From positions 1-60,169 of the IMG/VR virus record IMGVR_UViG_3300028572_000013: a DNA stretch of 60,169 bases. One strand, 5' to 3'. The notes beneath the pieces were generated by a model. That model ran no database searches. It saw only the letters and a program-made list of their open reading frames with translations, and was not told the DNA's origin. This document shows, one piece after another, positions 37,601 through 45,259 of this stretch. The position numbers and the translations under genes were made by a program. The DNA is from a virus. Its lineage: Duplodnaviria > Caudoviricetes. Numbering within the stretch: the first letter of the stretch is position 1; each line of letters opens with the position of its first letter.

Positions 37601-38669
37601 ACGATAATACGGCGCTGGGTTTGATGAAAGAGAATTTAGCAACTCTGGAGTCAAGCATGTCTTACCTAAAGAAATATAAGAAGTAGAGGATAAAGAGCCT
37701 CTACGATAACAGTCAACGGCATTTGTTGATGCAGCTAAACTGCAAATGGACGGTGGATTCAGAATGATCACCAACAACATCGCTTTCGAATTGTTCGGTG
37801 ATGGGTCTGCTACACGAGGTTTCATTGGCTCTACAGTGTCTTCATCTGCTCCTACTTACGTTATTACGCTGTCGAATGCTCAACAGATCGTTCAGTTTGA
37901 AGTTGGAATGACCCTAGTGAACTTCGCCATCAGTGCAGGACTTATCTCTAGCATCAGCAGCAGCACTGCTTCAATCACAGCAGTTGATAGAACTAACGGA
38001 ATTATCACCGTTCTTGCTTCTGCTACTGACGCTTCATGGGCTTCCGCAGGACACGGACTCGGAGTATACGGGGACATCGTTGCAGGACCAGTCAGCACCG
38101 GAACGAACCTTGCATTATCCGGATTGGCCGCATGGCTTCCAGCTTCTGCTCCTAGCAGCTCTGATAGCTTCTGGGGTGTGAACCGATCTGCAGACGTAAC
38201 CCGTCTTGCTGGTATTCGATACAATGCTCAATCATTGACTATTGAAGAAGGTATCACCAACGCTCTTGCAGTGTTAAACCGAGAAGGTGGAAAACCCGAC
38301 CTTTGTATCATGGACTTCGCTTCTTTCGCAGCTCTTGTGAACAGCTTAGGGGCTAAAGTTCAGTACGTTCAAGTAAAACATGATGAAGTTGAAGTAGCTT
38401 TCGAAGGGATCACCTTTCAATCTGCTTACGGCCGAGTCACTGTATTAGCTGACCGTTCATGTCCTCCTCAGACCGCTTACCTCTTAACGATGTCAACTTT
38501 CAAGTTGAGATCTTTAGGAAAAGTACCTCACATCCTCACTTATGGGATGGAGGGCTTGGAGGGGTTGAGAGTGGGAAATGCTGACGCCCTCGAAATACGA
38601 ATTGGCTATTATGGCAATTTAATTTGTAGCGCCCCAGGATGGAACGCAGTCGTTCAATTGTCTGCATAA
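34690..38669 (+). CDS. Major capsid protein split by four group I introns: join(34690..34732,35621..35661,36414..36634,36986..37013,37719..38669), 427 aa
   Basis: Spliced frame is open: MSAIYANSSNQIAALKELYTDSNEYMKDLVYKENPFLALVPK...TNLLMEQTKSNAGAFVDAAKLQMDGG...YYGNLICSAPGWNAVVQLSA; AAGGA RBS; follows scaffold; terminator downstream. Confidence 0.88.
34733..35620 (+). mobile_element. Group I intron 1 (888 nt), GIY-YIG ORF in the P1 loop
   Basis: Exon GCAGCUU pairs with IGS GAGCUGU 35440-35446 (U.G at splice site); P7 GACUA 35518/UAGUC 35553; terminal G 35620. Confidence 0.85.
34778..35440 (+). CDS. Intron-encoded GIY-YIG homing endonuclease
   Basis: IIY...YIGQT..R; E..YI; YNI; PWNKG repeats; own TTGATA-17-TACATT promoter. 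Confidence 0.88.
   Translation: MFSDKPMIIYFVTLNNEIVYIGQTKLTLGKRRSQHEYNARRGKGYVIGSAIRKHGADKFSWNTHSVYYNQVDLDEAEKHYITKYKPKYNINLGGESRGIRKKDGLKPWNKGQKGLQVAWNKGRKETRPEVLEKIKSSAVARDNSSRTITPEHRAKLVKGRRSAYEDVARPFKCEQNGKTYLLVVDASRDLNISANGIYAVLNPNSRLKSYKGFTFNYIQS
35662..36413 (+). mobile_element. Group I intron 2 (752 nt), HNH ORF in the P9 region
   Basis: P1 GAAGGAU/GUCCUUC; P10 ACUAG/UUAGU; P7 GCGUA 35758/UACGC 35844; terminal G 36413. Confidence 0.88.
35858..36379 (+). CDS. Intron-encoded HNH homing endonuclease
   Basis: N-terminal Cys finger; ATPKWL; HEVDHILPLQG..VSGFHV..NLQ..EN..KSN. Confidence 0.88.
   Translation: MKTCKRKDCTENNPQPKQNFVKDSRYADGYQNMCKSCQKKYNSARFDRNRAKILLQSKTYYSSTIDASRKKRAEYRATHKALQKQLEADWRKKNPGRSREKVRRYQAKKLNATPKWLTEKQVREIQAFYENCPIGHEVDHILPLQGVSVSGFHVLNNLQYLPRSENRKKSNKY
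36635..36985 (+). mobile_element. Group I intron 3 (351 nt), endonuclease remnant only
   Basis: P1 UCCU/GGGA; perfect P10 CUCCAUG/CAUGGAG; P7 GCAUA 36751/UAUGC 36845; terminal G 36985. Confidence 0.88.
36846..36947 (+). pseudogene. Truncated homing endonuclease remnant (33 aa)
   Basis: MPTLTKVCTLCKVEKLEIEFY.. resembles the N-terminus of the intron 4 ORF; same P9 position. Confidence 0.7.
37014..37718 (+). mobile_element. Group I intron 4 (705 nt), EndoVII-type ORF in the P9 region
   Basis: P1 GGGU/GCCC; P10 GAAUGU/GCAUUU; P7 GAUUA 37128/UAAUC 37205; terminal G 37718. Confidence 0.88.
37219..37686 (+). CDS. Intron-encoded endonuclease VII-type HNH nuclease
   Basis: KYGITLEQY..CEIC..IDHDHTTGQFRSLLCDNDNTALG. 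Confidence 0.88.
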   Translation: MKTCRDCKITKEKKEFSIRQPICKPCRSKVMAQRYLDNKEHHNKKSKAWYQANKSIVSIKGKAARASNRESINLKRRLKKYGITLEQYNQKLVENNNSCEICKKPFTETPAIDHDHTTGQFRSLLCDNDNTALGLMKENLATLESSMSYLKKYKK

Positions 38670-38703
38670 TCATATAGTTAGATAAACTTTTTAAGTAAAG
38701 TTA

Positions 38704-38734
38704 GAGCCCTAGATCAAAAGTCTAGGGCTTTTTT
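38704..38734 (+). terminator. Rho-independent terminator after capsid gene
   Basis: AGCCCTAGA/TCTAGGGCT plus T-tract. Confidence 0.85.
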
Positions 38735-38824
38735 AGAACTTATAATTTACACGTGGAATGGAAACACGTGCCAAAAATAATATTTGACAAATTTTTATAA
38801 TTTGATATTATATATTTAAGGAGT

Positions 38825-39427
38825 TTGAAAATGATTATTTATAAAATTACTAATAAAATAAATGGCAAGATCTACATAGGACAAACTGTTCAACAACTCA
38901 TGGACAGATGGAGCGATCACTCTAGACCAAGTTTAGGTAAACATATGAATCGATCGGCTATAGCGTCTGCCATTAGATTACACGGCAAAGAGAATTTCAC
39001 AGTCGAACAGATTGATTCGGCGGGAACCCTAGAAGCATTGAATATCTTGGAAATTCACTATATACAAAAATTCAATACACTCTCTCCGAATGGTTACAAT
39101 CTAGAACTAGGAGGCGATAGTAAGCGATGTCACGAAGAAACAAAAGCTAAAATCAGCGCTACTCTAAAAGGAAGACCCTTTATCAATCGCATGAACGGAG
39201 CTCCCAAAGGACGCCCAGTATCGGCCGAACGCCGGGCTCAAATTAGCGCCACCATGACTGGACAAGCGCAGCCTTGGAAGTATAAAGCCGTTATAGACTC
39301 CAATGGTGTCATTTATGAGTCTGTAAATGCTGCAGCCAAAGCTAACAAAATTAACCGAGTCACGGTGTCCCAAGCACTAAAATCGGGAAAACCAACAAGA
39401 TCAGGCTTAAGCTTTAAATTCATATAA
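38825..39427 (+). CDS. Free-standing GIY-YIG endonuclease with NUMOD-like C-terminal repeats
   Basis: IIYKITNKINGKIYIGQT..R; PNGYN; EETKAKIS; YESVNAAAK. Confidence 0.9.
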   Translation: MKMIIYKITNKINGKIYIGQTVQQLMDRWSDHSRPSLGKHMNRSAIASAIRLHGKENFTVEQIDSAGTLEALNILEIHYIQKFNTLSPNGYNLELGGDSKRCHEETKAKISATLKGRPFINRMNGAPKGRPVSAERRAQISATMTGQAQPWKYKAVIDSNGVIYESVNAAAKANKINRVTVSQALKSGKPTRSGLSFKFI

Positions 39428-39629
39428 GCTTGTAAAGACTTGTAAAGTTATACCCGCTAGGTATCCCTGTCCCCGAAACTGCATCCAATTATACCCGATT
39501 GCATCTGTTTTCATTGGTTTGTTACCGGTATAGTAACAAAACTCCAAACTTAAATGCAGAGATAAGTAAAACTACCGAGTTGTTGACTCTATACAAAATC
39601 GGTAGTATTATGTATTCATGGAGGACGGT

Positions 39630-39836
39630 ATGAAGTCATACATTATAGCTAGTGGTATAAGCAAAGGTGATGTGTCTAGACCAGATTGGGAATGGCAAAC
39701 TATTGATTTATTAGGTTTTATTAGTGAAAAGCTTCAAGAAGATAGATTAACAACTAAGAAAGAAGCACGTTATAGACTTAAATTTCATCAGATTGTTCAA
39801 GCGGCATTGAAACAACACAAGAAAGATGCGGCTTAA
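39630..39836 (+). CDS. Hypothetical protein
   Basis: TTGACT-17-TATTAT promoter; GGAGG before ATG 39630. Confidence 0.6.
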   Translation: MKSYIIASGISKGDVSRPDWEWQTIDLLGFISEKLQEDRLTTKKEARYRLKFHQIVQAALKQHKKDAA

Positions 39837-40083
39837 TATGGTATTAAATGCCGATGATTATCGAGTTAACGCAAAACCAATAGAAATATTACTACGTGAT
39901 AAAACTGAACAAGAGCGTTATGAAGCTATCGGACCAATTGCTGTAGCATACGGTGTACCAATTATTGTTGTCTGTTGTTATGTCGGCGAGTTATATGGTT
40001 TTAGTCCCCGTCTACTTGACTTTATAGATCGTCTAAAGGTATTCTATACGGTGACAGATATAAAAGGAGTTAAACATGTATAA
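39826..40083 (+). CDS. Hypothetical protein
   Basis: Overlapping ORF. Confidence 0.55.
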   Translation: MRLNMVLNADDYRVNAKPIEILLRDKTEQERYEAIGPIAVAYGVPIIVVCCYVGELYGFSPRLLDFIDRLKVFYTVTDIKGVKHV

Positions 40084-40498
40084 ATTACTAATAGTTTTAT
40101 TACTAATTGTAGGTTGCGGTCCTCAATACATCATAGAAAAAGGTCCCCAAGGTGCCCAAGGACCTACCGGCGCTACTGGAGCTCAAGGACCTACCGGCGC
40201 TACTGGAGCTCAAGGACCTACCGGCGCTACCGGTGCCCAAGGACCAGCAGGACCACAAGGAATACCCGGTTTAAACGCCGCACCGACCACAACAGTGCAA
40301 TTCTGCCCCGGTTATACCCCCAACTATCCAACAACCTTTCCTGAGTCAGGATTGTGTGTTGGAGGCAATATCTACGCTGTTTACTGGGATGGTACTAATG
40401 CATGGTTAGCACTGATACCTCCAGGACACTATGCGTCAACTTCGACAACCGCTCCATGTGACTTTACCGTAGTCGCCGGTTGCGTTATAAATAATTAG
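40076..40498 (+). CDS. Collagen-like lipoprotein
   Basis: Lipobox-like IVGC; Gly-X-Y repeats; Cys-containing C-terminal domain. Confidence 0.8.
   Translation: MYKLLIVLLLIVGCGPQYIIEKGPQGAQGPTGATGAQGPTGATGAQGPTGATGAQGPAGPQGIPGLNAAPTTTVQFCPGYTPNYPTTFPESGLCVGGNIYAVYWDGTNAWLALIPPGHYASTSTTAPCDFTVVAGCVINN
40157..40237 (+). repeat. 27-bp tandem repeat x3 (QGPTGATGA)
   Basis: caaggacctaccggcgctactggagct twice plus one variant copy. Confidence 0.9.
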
Positions 40499-40546
40499 TT
40501 GACAGTAAATGATGACTTTGGTATTCTTTAATCAAGGAGACAAAGT

Positions 40547-40738
40547 ATGTTGGAAATCTTAATAGTACTAATGACTATCTTCTTCGGATACCATGTTTTC
40601 GCAATATTTAAACCGTTTTTAAGTCGAATGTTTGTTAAAGCAGTAGTGTTTACGGTTGGTAGCCCTTTTCTCGCTATGGTCGGCTTGTTCGTTGCACTCA
40701 CAATTAGCTTTATAGGTGCAATTATAATCTTCAGTTAA
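40547..40738 (+). CDS. Small two-TM membrane protein
   Basis: TTGACA-17-TATTCT promoter; AAGGAG RBS. Confidence 0.7.
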   Translation: MLEILIVLMTIFFGYHVFAIFKPFLSRMFVKAVVFTVGSPFLAMVGLFVALTISFIGAIIIFS

Positions 40739-40749
40739 AGGAGTAACAT

Positions 40750-41316
40750 ATGATTTGTCGTAAATGTAAAAACCCCGGAATCCGGAATGAAGTATTAGGA
40801 AAAGAATTCTATTACTGTCGTACATGTAAAGAAGAAATTACTTTAGAATTTAAGGAAGAAGAAATGAGTCAAGAAATGCTTGACCAACTCTTCGATGACT
40901 GGCAGAAGAATCCGGCAGCTCAGTTTACAGTAGATAATAGCCAGTGCTATACTAAAGATGCTAGCTATGTTAACATAACTTGGGCTGGTAAAGGCCATAC
41001 TACGGATTGCAATTGTAAAGACTGTGATGATATAGTACAAGAGTTGCAATGGGTTTTAGGAAAACAACTGAGTTTTGAGAATGAAATATTGTTTTGTACG
41101 GAGTTATGGCAGTTTTTAGAAATTCACGATAGAGAACATATGGCTTATATGTACTTAACTCCCGACTCTGTGAACGAAAATGTCAGAGCACGAGAATACA
41201 ATTTATTGAGTTTGGCTATGGTACAGCTAATTACTGAGGATTATTCGTGTGATCGTCAGCTAATGGAAGTATTATACAATTTACGTTTATCGTTTTTTAC
41301 AGAGGAGTTCGCATGA
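40750..41316 (+). CDS. Hypothetical protein with N-terminal Zn ribbon
   Basis: CRKC..CRTC; AAGGAG RBS. Confidence 0.65.
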   Translation: MICRKCKNPGIRNEVLGKEFYYCRTCKEEITLEFKEEEMSQEMLDQLFDDWQKNPAAQFTVDNSQCYTKDASYVNITWAGKGHTTDCNCKDCDDIVQELQWVLGKQLSFENEILFCTELWQFLEIHDREHMAYMYLTPDSVNENVRAREYNLLSLAMVQLITEDYSCDRQLMEVLYNLRLSFFTEEFA

Positions 41317-41540
41317 TGTACCATTTAGGGAATAGATTTGTCTTAGCTAATATAGAGTGTGTTGTGGCCTTTATTGATTCACGAGGTTATGCCCACGTAT
41401 CTCCAGTGGAAGATGGGGACGAATATCACGGTGATAAACTCTATAAAGGCCTTGTATTCGCCGTATTAGATCGCAAAGGAAAAGATTTACACGGTGAAAA
41501 AGCTATTGCTTTACCGAGTTTAGAATGTGGCGCCGTATGA
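41313..41540 (+). CDS. Hypothetical protein
   Basis: GAGGAG RBS; ATGA overlap. Confidence 0.65.
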   Translation: MMYHLGNRFVLANIECVVAFIDSRGYAHVSPVEDGDEYHGDKLYKGLVFAVLDRKGKDLHGEKAIALPSLECGAV

Positions 41541-41637
41541 ACGTGGATTTTATAATATTCACATTAATAGCATTTGGGATCGGTTTTTTGCTCATAAGAG
41601 CTGATTAAGTATGATACTCTACTTATAAGGACATATT

Positions 41638-41877
41638 ATGATACTAATGCTTGAATGCCATTATTGCGGTTTTAAATGGGAAAAGAATGTATATATGAGG
41701 GCAAGTCTTGACTCTGAATGTTGCCCGAAATGTAAAGATACAAAGCTAAAAGTTAGAGATAAAGAAGAACATACAATCGATGCTTATAAGGGTTGCCCTC
41801 CATTTGAAGAGGATCGAAACGCCCCCGAGGATGGTATGGGTGTTATTCATGACTATATCACACTTAAAAATCTATAG
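41638..41877 (+). CDS. Zn-ribbon protein
   Basis: CHYCG...CPKC. Confidence 0.65.
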   Translation: MILMLECHYCGFKWEKNVYMRASLDSECCPKCKDTKLKVRDKEEHTIDAYKGCPPFEEDRNAPEDGMGVIHDYITLKNL

Positions 41878-41954
41878 TGTTTAAGTATCAGACAGCGTCT
41901 AAAAGATAGACGATAATCGGAGTAGGTACAGCTTGAAATCATTACGTAAACAGG

Positions 41955-41970
41955 TGGCACAGCAACTGCA
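41955..41970 (+). promoter_or_regulatory. Sigma54-like promoter TGGCACAGCAACTGCA
   Basis: Close to consensus TGGCAC-N5-TTGCW with GG-N10-GC spacing. Confidence 0.55.
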
Positions 41971-41981
41971 GTACTTATAAG

Positions 41982-42084
41982 ACATAGAGGTTAGGTTCGG
42001 CGGGTTCCTTCCTACCAAAAGCGAGAACCCCCAAAGTTTGGCCCGCGTACCCCTCAAGTTCCTTTCCTTGAGGGGTCCTTATTT
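41982..42084 (+). ncRNA. Candidate ~100-nt sRNA
   Basis: No ORF in the track; GGGTTC/GAACCC stem and 10-bp terminal stem 42049-42076. Confidence 0.45.
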
Positions 42085-42214
42085 AAGGAGTTATAATGTC
42101 CTTATTTATATTTATGGTAATATACTGGATTATTATAATCCTCAATGAACCCACAGACTTATAATTAGTAAATTAATGGTTGACTATATTACGGTTCTAT
42201 TAGATACTATAAGT

Positions 42215-42376
42215 ATGAATAACGAAATTAAAAAGAATAAGGTTTATGTAGTAGGGCAACTAACAACAGGTTATTATGTAGTTATTAATAAAACTACCAA
42301 AGCAATTCAAAGTGCTTGGAAGACTCGAATCGATGCGCTGGAAGTTGTCAATAGACTTAACAAACTGTTTTCATAG
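42215..42376 (+). CDS. Hypothetical protein (probably leaderless, start 42215)
   Basis: TTGACT-17-GATACT-6-ATG. Confidence 0.6.
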   Translation: MNNEIKKNKVYVVGQLTTGYYVVINKTTKAIQSAWKTRIDALEVVNRLNKLFS

Positions 42377-42482
42377 GAGAATATATGAAAAGTAAACTAA
42401 CAGATATCACCGTAGCAGTAATAGTTTGGTCAATGGTATTAGCTACCCAGCTACTTAATTGGCTAGTAAGAGGCTAATAAAT

Positions 42483-42496
42483 GGTCAATCCGCTAA
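42483..42496 (+). promoter_or_regulatory. Putative late promoter GGTCAATCCGCTAA
   Basis: One mismatch to the other three copies. Confidence 0.65.
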
Positions 42497-42606
42497 ATAT
42501 GTAAGCTGAGATGTCCTCAGACTACTCCCGGCTAAGAGGTCCTAGGTATTATCCGGTGAAAGGGCGCTATATGCTTCCCTAGTACTAGGATAACAAAGGA
42601 TATCGA

Positions 42607-42885
42607 GTGCTTAAAGTTTGCTCAAAGTGCAATTCAGAAAAAGAAACTTCTGAATTCTACAAAAAATCACGCTTTAGAAAATATCCAACCTCTATTGCAG
42701 GATACGCATCTGAATGTAAAAAGTGCGTATTAGCTTAGAGAGAAGATTTTTATCGATTAAATCCAGAAGATAATATTAAAACTCTTTCTAATTTGATCGG
42801 GTACTTAGAATCGAACAATAATTCCGAGTTAGCGGGCTACAATACTAACGTAGTGGAAGTAAAATTCCCTAAGAAAGTTGGATAA
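42607..42885 (+). pseudogene. Degenerate EndoVII-type homing endonuclease
   Basis: AAGGA RBS; MLKVCSKC..EF..CKKC, in-frame TAG 42736, then EDNIKTLSNLIGYLE; catalytic core absent. Confidence 0.7.
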
Positions 42886-43615
42886 TTATATTGCTAATCG
42901 TAACTTTGCAAACTCTCGCATGTACACTGGGCACGTTATGCCCGTTCTTTTAGACTGCAACTTCGTAGTTGATTCTACAAACGGAAATGGTTTAGGAATT
43001 AGATCCCTAAAAGGACCCTACATCCAAAACGTATTCATGCATACTTCTGCAACTCCTGGACTTGGAAACTCAAATCCTTCAACTCCTGGAATCTCTGTAA
43101 CAAATCCAAATCCAGCTTCTGGAACTATTGTAATCCAATTTCAAGACAACTATAGCCGACTTTACACAGGCGGAAACGCTATCGTATCTCCACTAGGATC
43201 TTCTCTCCCAGTAGATGCTAGTGACGCTGCTCTTACCATCGGCGTCCCTTATGTTATCACCATCTTAGGAGATGCTACAGCAGCTGATTGGTTAGCTCTT
43301 GGAGTTCCAGCAGGTTTAACCCCTGCAGTGGGCCTAGCTTTCATTGCTAAAGCAACTGGATCAGGTGTCGCTTCTGTATCTCGAGTAGCTCCAACCGCAG
43401 CTGCTGGATCCGCAGTTATGTCAATTGAAACCGTTGGAGACAGCAAGCAAGCTTTAGCTCCCGCTCAACCTCTTAGCTTTCCTCAAGGCTTCGGCGGACA
43501 AATTATTCTTCAATGCAGAAATTTATCCGGTGCTGTAGCAGCTCCAGTCGATGGATCTGTAATCAGTTTAAGTTTTTTGTTGAGCAATAGTTCAGTTATA
43601 GTTCAAGGCGAATAA
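42878..43615 (+). CDS. Putative virion structural protein (start uncertain)
   Basis: A/G/S-rich; first intact gene after the putative late promoter. Confidence 0.65.
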   Translation: MDNYIANRNFANSRMYTGHVMPVLLDCNFVVDSTNGNGLGIRSLKGPYIQNVFMHTSATPGLGNSNPSTPGISVTNPNPASGTIVIQFQDNYSRLYTGGNAIVSPLGSSLPVDASDAALTIGVPYVITILGDATAADWLALGVPAGLTPAVGLAFIAKATGSGVASVSRVAPTAAAGSAVMSIETVGDSKQALAPAQPLSFPQGFGGQIILQCRNLSGAVAAPVDGSVISLSFLLSNSSVIVQGE

Positions 43616-43727
43616 GCCAAGATACCCGAACCACACTTGCTTAAAACGTAATGAATTCGGGACCATATAGCCATGGTATAGGGGCCGGGGGCGTGCGAGT
43701 CGCCCGTCTGTTTTAACAGGAGCTTAA

Positions 43728-44786
43728 ATGGCTGCACCATCTACACCTAATAACTTCTATTTGCAGACCGGGAATCGCGTCAACTATTTGAGTTGGGATC
43801 TATCCACTGGTGCCACTTCCTACGTGATCCAACGCAGCACAGATGGTGTTAACTTTACGGCTTTAGCAACGTCTTCACTTAATAATTATTTAGATACAAC
43901 GGTAAGTGTTGGAATTGAATACTTTTACCAAGTTGCTGCATCCAATGGAACTGTTAGTCCTTATACTACACCACAATCTATCATCCCCACACCAACTGCG
44001 GAGATGAGTTTAGGTCAATTACGCCTCATGTCACAGCAGCGAGCAGATAGAGTTGGATCTAATTTTGTTACTTTACCTGAGTGGAATAGCTTCATTAATC
44101 AGGCAATGTATGAATTATACGATTTACTAGTTACAGCTGATGAAGAATACTTTATTGCTACGCCTGCTCAATGGCCTTCACAACCTAATAACAATAATCA
44201 AACGTATTTATATCCTCTACCAGATGGCGTAACACCCTTTATTAACGGTATTAATGGAACGCCAGGCTATATAGCGCCAGCTTATTATAAGATGAAGGGT
44301 GTCGATCTATCGCTTAATACTGCAAATAATGCTTGGGTTACAATCAATAAATTCAATTTCATGGATCGAAATAAGTTTGTTTATCCTAATACAGCTTCCA
44401 CCATTTACGGTGTGTTTAATCTACAATATAGAGTAATGGGCAATAACATTGAATTAATTCCAACACCATCTGCCGGCCAAAATCTACGGATTTGGTATAT
44501 CCCACGCTTGACACAGTTGTTACAAGACACAGACTTAACTTCAACTGGTATATCGGGATGGAATCAATATATCATTATAAGAGCTGCTAAGTATGCGTTA
44601 GATAAAGAAGAATCTGATACAACGAAATTAGACCAAGAACTTGTATTCCTTAAGCAACGTATCGAAGAGACTGCGGACAATCGAGATATGGGCCAACCTG
44701 ACCGAGTTACAGACATAAGACAAAACGGTCAGTGGGGCTCTATGAATGGTGGTTATGGTAATGGAGGTCCGCTTGGCGGATTTTAG
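43728..44786 (+). CDS. Head-tail adaptor/tail tubular A-like protein with N-terminal FN3-like domain
   Basis: LSWD..GATSYVIQRS..YFYQVAA; QRAD..INQAMYELYDLL..YIIIRAA..LDKEESD. Confidence 0.65.
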   Translation: MAAPSTPNNFYLQTGNRVNYLSWDLSTGATSYVIQRSTDGVNFTALATSSLNNYLDTTVSVGIEYFYQVAASNGTVSPYTTPQSIIPTPTAEMSLGQLRLMSQQRADRVGSNFVTLPEWNSFINQAMYELYDLLVTADEEYFIATPAQWPSQPNNNNQTYLYPLPDGVTPFINGINGTPGYIAPAYYKMKGVDLSLNTANNAWVTINKFNFMDRNKFVYPNTASTIYGVFNLQYRVMGNNIELIPTPSAGQNLRIWYIPRLTQLLQDTDLTSTGISGWNQYIIIRAAKYALDKEESDTTKLDQELVFLKQRIEETADNRDMGQPDRVTDIRQNGQWGSMNGGYGNGGPLGGF

Positions 44787-44787
44787 T

Positions 44788-44961
44788 ATGAAACATATCT
44801 TATCTATAATTTTATTAGTATATTTAACAAGTGTAGCCGTGGCAACAGGCTATCTTGTAGGCCATAATAATGGATATGAAATAGGAAAACGTGTAGGACA
44901 GGCAGAAGCCTTAATGCATAGCAGCGGGGCTTGTTTCTTGCATAATGGAAAGAGGGAATAA
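44788..44961 (+). CDS. Small membrane protein
   Basis: ATG 44788; TM segment then GYxxG repeats. Confidence 0.5.
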   Translation: MKHILSIILLVYLTSVAVATGYLVGHNNGYEIGKRVGQAEALMHSSGACFLHNGKRE

Positions 44962-45258
44962 ATGGCTTTGCCGACCTTTAAAGACCCAAATACTAACCTC
45001 ATGCTAATGCAATCATCTTGGGCCTCGCAGCTTAATCCAGTCTTAAAGAATCCTTTAACAAATCCAACGCTGTTAAGTGGTATTTCTTTAGTTTCAGGAA
45101 CAAATGTTATCAACCATCATTTGGGCTCTACTCCCGTAGGCTGGTTTATAACCGACACAAATGCTGCGGCAACAATTTATAGGTCGCAACCATTCAACTC
45201 TACAACTTTAACTCTAACAAGTTCGGCACCCTGCGTGGTGTCATTGGCGGTCTTCTAA
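44962..45258 (+). CDS. Putative tail protein
   Basis: INHHLGSTPVGW; structural cluster. Confidence 0.6.
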   Translation: MALPTFKDPNTNLMLMQSSWASQLNPVLKNPLTNPTLLSGISLVSGTNVINHHLGSTPVGWFITDTNAAATIYRSQPFNSTTLTLTSSAPCVVSLAVF

Positions 45259-45259
45259 T

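Noticed and set aside
34690-37745. Stop-codon recoding or frameshifting as the cause of capsid fragmentation
   Set aside because: Other genes are intact in the standard code with all three stops used, and the gaps carry group I intron hallmarks
38752-38775. Third sigma54 promoter on the minus strand (TGGCACGTGTTTCCA)
   Set aside because: Lacks the -12 GC at the required spacing
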